Made by a program: the position numbers and the translations under genes. This document shows, in pieces, positions 59,655 through 64,000 of a DNA stretch of 64,000 nucleotides. Within the stretch, counting starts at the first letter, position 1, and every line of letters begins with the position of its first letter. Origin of the DNA: an uncultured Planctomycetota bacterium (lineage in GTDB: Bacteria; Planctomycetota; Planctomycetia; Isosphaerales; Isosphaeraceae). The notes under the pieces were generated by a model. That model saw nothing but the letters and a program-made list of their open reading frames with translations, was not told where the DNA came from and did no database searches. The stretch lies in assembly GCA_963737655.1 (NCBI GenBank), contig CAVTTN010000002.1, positions 5,504,001-5,568,000 of the forward strand. The letters are read 5' to 3'.

Positions 59655-60461
59655 ATGGCCTCCTCGCCGAATGATCCCAAGCCGACGCTGGACGCCGCCC
59701 CGGGCCGTCGGGACGAGCTCGATGCCCTCCGCCGCCAGGTCGTCGACCTCCAGAGAGTCTCCAGCCTGGGCGTCCTGGCCGGCTCGGTCTGCCACGAGCT
59801 GAACAACGCCCTGACGCCCGTCCTGAACTACGCCAAGCTCGGGCTGAGGAACCCCGACCCCGAGTTCCGCCGCCGCGCCTTCGAAAAAATCCTCGAAGGC
59901 GCGATCCGCGCCTCGGCGATCACCTCCGGGGTGCTCGGCCTGGCCCGCCCTCAGTCCGACGTCAAGGCCCCGGCCGACCTCGTCCGCCTGGTCGAGGAGG
60001 TCGTCCTCCTGGCCGGCAAGGACCTCCAAAAAGGCCGGGTGAAGGTCGAGCTCCGGGCCGAGGGGCGGCCGTTCGCCCGGGTGAACCCGGCGCAGATCCA
60101 GCAGGTCTTGCTGAACCTGGTGATCAACGCCCGTCAGGCCATGCCCGACGGCGGGACGCTCCGCCTGGGGATCGCCGCCGACCCCTCCGGCCGGTCCGCC
60201 GAGATCAAGGTCGCCGACACCGGCCAGGGGATCGCCCCGGCCGACCTCCGCCGGATCTTCGAGCCGTTCTTCACCACGAAGACCGGGCCGGATTCCTCGG
60301 GACAGGGCGGGACCGGCCTGGGCCTCTCGGTCTGCCGGGACATCGTCGAGGCCCACAAGGGCCGCCTCCGCGCCGAGAGCCGGCCGGGTCAGGGCACGAT
60401 CTTCACCCTGAAGCTCCCGGCCTGCCCGAATCCCGCCGAGAAAGAAAAAGGCGCGGCCTGA
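59655..60461 (+). CDS. Cytoplasmic histidine kinase without a sensor domain
   Basis: CHELNN, QVLLNLVINA, DTGQGI, FEPFFTTK and GTGLGL. Confidence 0.9.
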   Translation: MASSPNDPKPTLDAAPGRRDELDALRRQVVDLQRVSSLGVLAGSVCHELNNALTPVLNYAKLGLRNPDPEFRRRAFEKILEGAIRASAITSGVLGLARPQSDVKAPADLVRLVEEVVLLAGKDLQKGRVKVELRAEGRPFARVNPAQIQQVLLNLVINARQAMPDGGTLRLGIAADPSGRSAEIKVADTGQGIAPADLRRIFEPFFTTKTGPDSSGQGGTGLGLSVCRDIVEAHKGRLRAESRPGQGTIFTLKLPACPNPAEKEKGAA

Positions 60462-62701
60462 GCGGCGACGAGGCCTCCGCGCCCCTCGTCACGAGGCCGT
60501 CGGGTCTTCCACGCCGAGGTAATCGAGCACCGTTCGGAGCTGGACGATCTCCTTCTTCGCCCCGTCGAGCCTCGCGAGTCAGGGCGTCGATCCTGTCTCG
60601 CGAGGCGGAGGTGATCGGGGTGGGGCCGGTCCCCGAGGGCGGGGCGACCCCGATCGAGGGGCGGAGGATGTCCAGAGAGAACTGGGTGACGGCCAGGGCC
60701 TGGGTCATCTCCTCGATCTGGGCGCGGGCCGCGGCGAGATCGGCGGCCAGCGCGTCGGCCCGGGCGGTTTCGGCCTTCAGAGCCTCGACGGCCGGGCCTG
60801 CCGATCCGGCCGGTTCGTCCGGGTAGTGGGTCGAGAAGTCTCCATCGCCCATCTCGGACAGGCGCCGGATCAGGTCATCCCGTTCGGCCTCGATGGCCCT
60901 CCGATGGCCCCGGGCGACCTCGGCCTCGGCTTTCTCTCGGCGGAGGTCGGCGGCCAGGCCCTCGCGATCGGCCAGGGCCTTCTGGGTCTCGGCCTTCTGG
61001 GCTTCGAGGCGGCCGATCACCACGTCCCGTTCGGTCAGGAGGCGGTCGGCCTCCGCGGCGGCGGCCTGCTCCACGGCGAGGCGGTCGGCCTCGGAGGACT
61101 CCAGCCGGGCCAGCGCCTCGTCGCGCGCGGCTTCCGCGCCCTGGAGCCGCGAGGCCAGGTCGTCGCGCTCGGCCTCGACCCGGGCCAGATGGGCCTCGAA
61201 CATCGGCCACGCGGCATCGGTCTCGCCGATCTGCCGACGGGCCTCGTCGAGCTCGGCCTCGGCCGAGGCGAGGCGGGCGGCCAGGTCGTCGTGGCGGGGG
61301 TGAAGCTCGGCCAGGCGATCGACGAGCGCGTCGTGGGACGCCGTGAGCGAGGCCAGGCGATCGGCCAGGGCGTCGCGATCGGCCAGGAGGGCCGGGCCCT
61401 CTCCGTCTCGACATGAAGGGCGTCGGCCAGGCCCCCGGCGGCGGTCCGATCGCGGAGCAAGTCGTCCTTCTCGGCGAGGAGGGCGAGGGCCGGGCCCGGG
61501 CGTCGTCTCGCTCGCCCAGGGCGGCCCGGATTTCGGCCCGGAGGCCGTCGAGCTCGGCCCGGATCGACCCGGCGGCCCCGTCGGCGGCCAGGGCGGCGGC
61601 CCGGGCCTCCCCGACCTCGATCTCGCGGCGCCGGACCTCTTCGGCCAGCCGGCTCTCGGCCTCGTCGCGGGCGGTCCGGAGGTCCCGTTCGGCCTGCTCG
61701 CGGATCGCGGCGGTTTCCGCGTCCCCGAGCGCCCGAGCGTCGGCCGATCGGGCCGCGAGTTCCTCCCGGACCGCGGCGAGGGCCGCGGTCGCCTCCTCGG
61801 CCTGGCGAGCCCGGGCGTCCCTCTCCTCGATCAGGAGGGAGGCGCGGCCTTCCCACGCCTCCTTCAGCGCCTCGGCCTCCGCCAGCCGATCCCGCCACTC
61901 GGCTTCGGCCTGGGGATTCGGGCGCAGGCCCTCGGCCTCCAGACGGGCGATCTTCAACCGGGCCTCGGCCAGCTCTCGCCCCAACCCCCCTCCGCCCTCG
62001 TCGAAGGCCGTGACCTCGGACTGGTCCCGGGCCCGTCGCAGCTCCTCGCGGAGCCAGTCGCGCTCGGCCCGGAGGTCTACCTGCTCGTCAAAGGCCGTCG
62101 AACCCTCCGGGTCGGTCGCGCCGTCCAGGGTCGCTTCGTGCTCGTCCTCGTCCTCGTCTTGGTCGTCCTCGATCATGGGGAGGTCGGGTTCCGTGCCCCC
62201 GCCTTCGATCCGGGTGGGGGCCGGCACCTCCAGGGATTGGCGGGCGATGGCCTCGGCCTCCTCGGCCCGGGTCAGGGCGGCGTCCCGTTCGGCCTCGAGC
62301 TCCTGGACCCGGGCGTCCAGCGAGATCAGCTCCCCCTGGGCCTCGGTCAGCCGCCGGGTGGCCTCCATCAGGGCGGCGTGGAGCCGGGGATCGGCCTCCA
62401 GAGGCAGGGGGGTCGGCGGCGACGGATCATCCCGGGGCGAGCTCGGCCCGGGACCCACGAGCGACGGCTTCATCTCCGCCGGAAAAATCCGCTCGCAATG
62501 CTTGCAGCGGATCTTCTGGCCGAGGTGCTCGGTCCGCGCCCGGCCATCTCGCCCGCAGGACGGGCAGCAGATCGTCACGTGTTCCGGCACGACGAACGAA
62601 TGGTGGCAATGCCGGCATGCAACCCGACGACCCACGTGAATGGGACGGATCTTCAATTCCCTGGGGCAATTGGGGCAGAGCACCCTGGCGAGTTTAGCCA
62701 T
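60403..62701 (-). CDS. Double zinc-ribbon plus long coiled-coil protein with several frameshifts at ~61200-61500; true 3' end uncertain
   Basis: CPNC/CRHC and CPSC/CKHC; Ala/Glu/Arg heptads in ORFs 60875-63205, 61035-61898 and 60403-61203. Confidence 0.7.
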
Positions 62702-63149
62702 TCGCGGAAGCCCCCTGCCGGCGGCATCGCCCGATCCCTTACCCCGCGCAATTCCGAAGACGCGCGGGACGCTCCAGCCTAACTCGCCCGAATCGGGATC
62801 ACAACACCTCCATCGGATGTCGATCGTTTTTTGTTCGAAACCGGCCCGGAGACCTTGCCCAGCCGTCAACGGCCACGAAAAGCCCCAGGTTCCTCGCCCC
62901 AACGGCCGATACTCCAGGAGGCCGGCCTGCCGAACCGAGGCAGGGCCGGCGCGAGGCGTTCGTTCCGACGGAGCGAAACCCGAATCCGGGCCTGAATTTG
63001 CCATCGGAATTGACGACCGCGCCCGAACACTGAAGAATAAGGGCGAGGGGTCGCCCCACGACCCGGAGGATGGTCCGTCCCGAGACGGCCTCCGGCGCTC
63101 CTTCGCCCTGCCCGCCCGCCGGATTCCCCCCCATGGGACGGCCCGACCG

Positions 63150-64000
63150 ATGAAGAAGACCTTCGCCGTTGTGGTCCTCCTGGCCGCCCTGGGCGTGTTC
63201 CTCAAGCTCTCGGTGAAACCCCCGGCCCACCGCCCGGGCGCCGGGACCGAGGTTCGCGACCCGATCGCCGATCGCGATTCCGGGCCCGACCCGAAGGCCG
63301 CCCTCGCCGCGAAATATCCCGAGGATCGCGACCTCGTCGCCCGGACCTACGACCGATACCGCCAGACCGCCCTGGCCATCGAGAGGACCGACGGCCTCCG
63401 CGGCCTGACCCTCCTGGACAAGCTCGACCTGGAGGCCGTTTACCTCTACGAGAAGCACCCCAAGGACTTCCGGCGACTCCGAGACAGCCTCACGGATGCC
63501 GCCGCCGCCGATTTGCTCCTCCACTGGTCCGAATATTTCGGCCTGAAACGGGCCGACGACACCGACCGTGGCTTCCTCGTCGAGGAAATCGCCCGCCTCT
63601 CCCCCTCGCAACGCAAGCTCGCCTCGCGATACCCCAACGCCCTGCCCCTGATCCTGGCCGACCCCACCGGCGTGACCGCCCTGATCGACCGCCTCGACGA
63701 CGACCCCAAGGACCTCGGCGATGCGCTCGTCGTCCTCGACATGGTCAGCCTGGACCGAGGGGCGGCCGATCTCCGTAAAGCGTTGCGGACGCTCGATTCC
63801 CACGGCCCGCTCGCCCTGGAAGCGTTCCGCCTGATGGGGGCCGAGGGGTTCGCCCTGGTCAGCCTGTACGGGCCGATCCTCGACGCCGTGGGCGACGCCC
63901 TCCCGCTCGATCAGGCGCTCATCGCGCTCCGGGTGAACACCGACGACGTCGATCTCCTGCTGGCCGAGCACCCTCCGGAGTTCGTGGCCGACCGCCTCCG
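63150..64000 (+). CDS. Hypothetical protein with an N-terminal signal/TM segment, 3'-truncated by the window edge
   Basis: Manual translation MKKTFAVVVLLAALGVFLKL...; frame open to the end with high GC3. Confidence 0.75.
   Translation, partial: MKKTFAVVVLLAALGVFLKLSVKPPAHRPGAGTEVRDPIADRDSGPDPKAALAAKYPEDRDLVARTYDRYRQTALAIERTDGLRGLTLLDKLDLEAVYLYEKHPKDFRRLRDSLTDAAAADLLLHWSEYFGLKRADDTDRGFLVEEIARLSPSQRKLASRYPNALPLILADPTGVTALIDRLDDDPKDLGDALVVLDMVSLDRGAADLRKALRTLDSHGPLALEAFRLMGAEGFALVSLYGPILDAVGDALPLDQALIALRVNTDDVDLLLAEHPPEFVADRL

Overview
High-GC bacterial chromosomal window, very likely Planctomycetota (two DUF1559 prepilin-like genes, an ECF sigma/Ser-Thr kinase pair, a PEP-CTERM gene and a PVC-type heme protein; the lineage is my inference). 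It holds about 60 genes. Housekeeping: rplM, rpsI, priA, nadD. DNA repair: class II photolyase, nth, ada. Transport: an RND pump, a sugar ABC pair lacking its ATPase, a K+ channel. It also has a Dlt-like MBOAT/SGNH/adenylation cluster and three toxin-antitoxin-like pairs whose toxins are all interrupted. At least nine genes, including priA, carry small-indel frameshifts, so many breaks are probably assembly errors. Most interesting signals: (1) a 75-aa beta-grasp-like protein ending in Gly-Gly (35800-36027) directly upstream of an uncharacterised Cys-motif protein (34896-35759), with no E1/E2/JAB gene in the window, i.e. a candidate minimal ubiquitin-like system; (2) an Rpn-like nuclease with an internal RBS+ATG, followed by a stand-alone variant copy of its C-terminal module; (3) a ~90-bp MITE in two copies with 22-bp TIRs and 9-bp target duplications; (4) a Nal1-like protease followed by a free-standing copy of its own N-terminal domain. 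No rRNA, tRNA, CRISPR array or autonomous transposase was recognised. All family calls come from motif recognition by eye, not from database searches.
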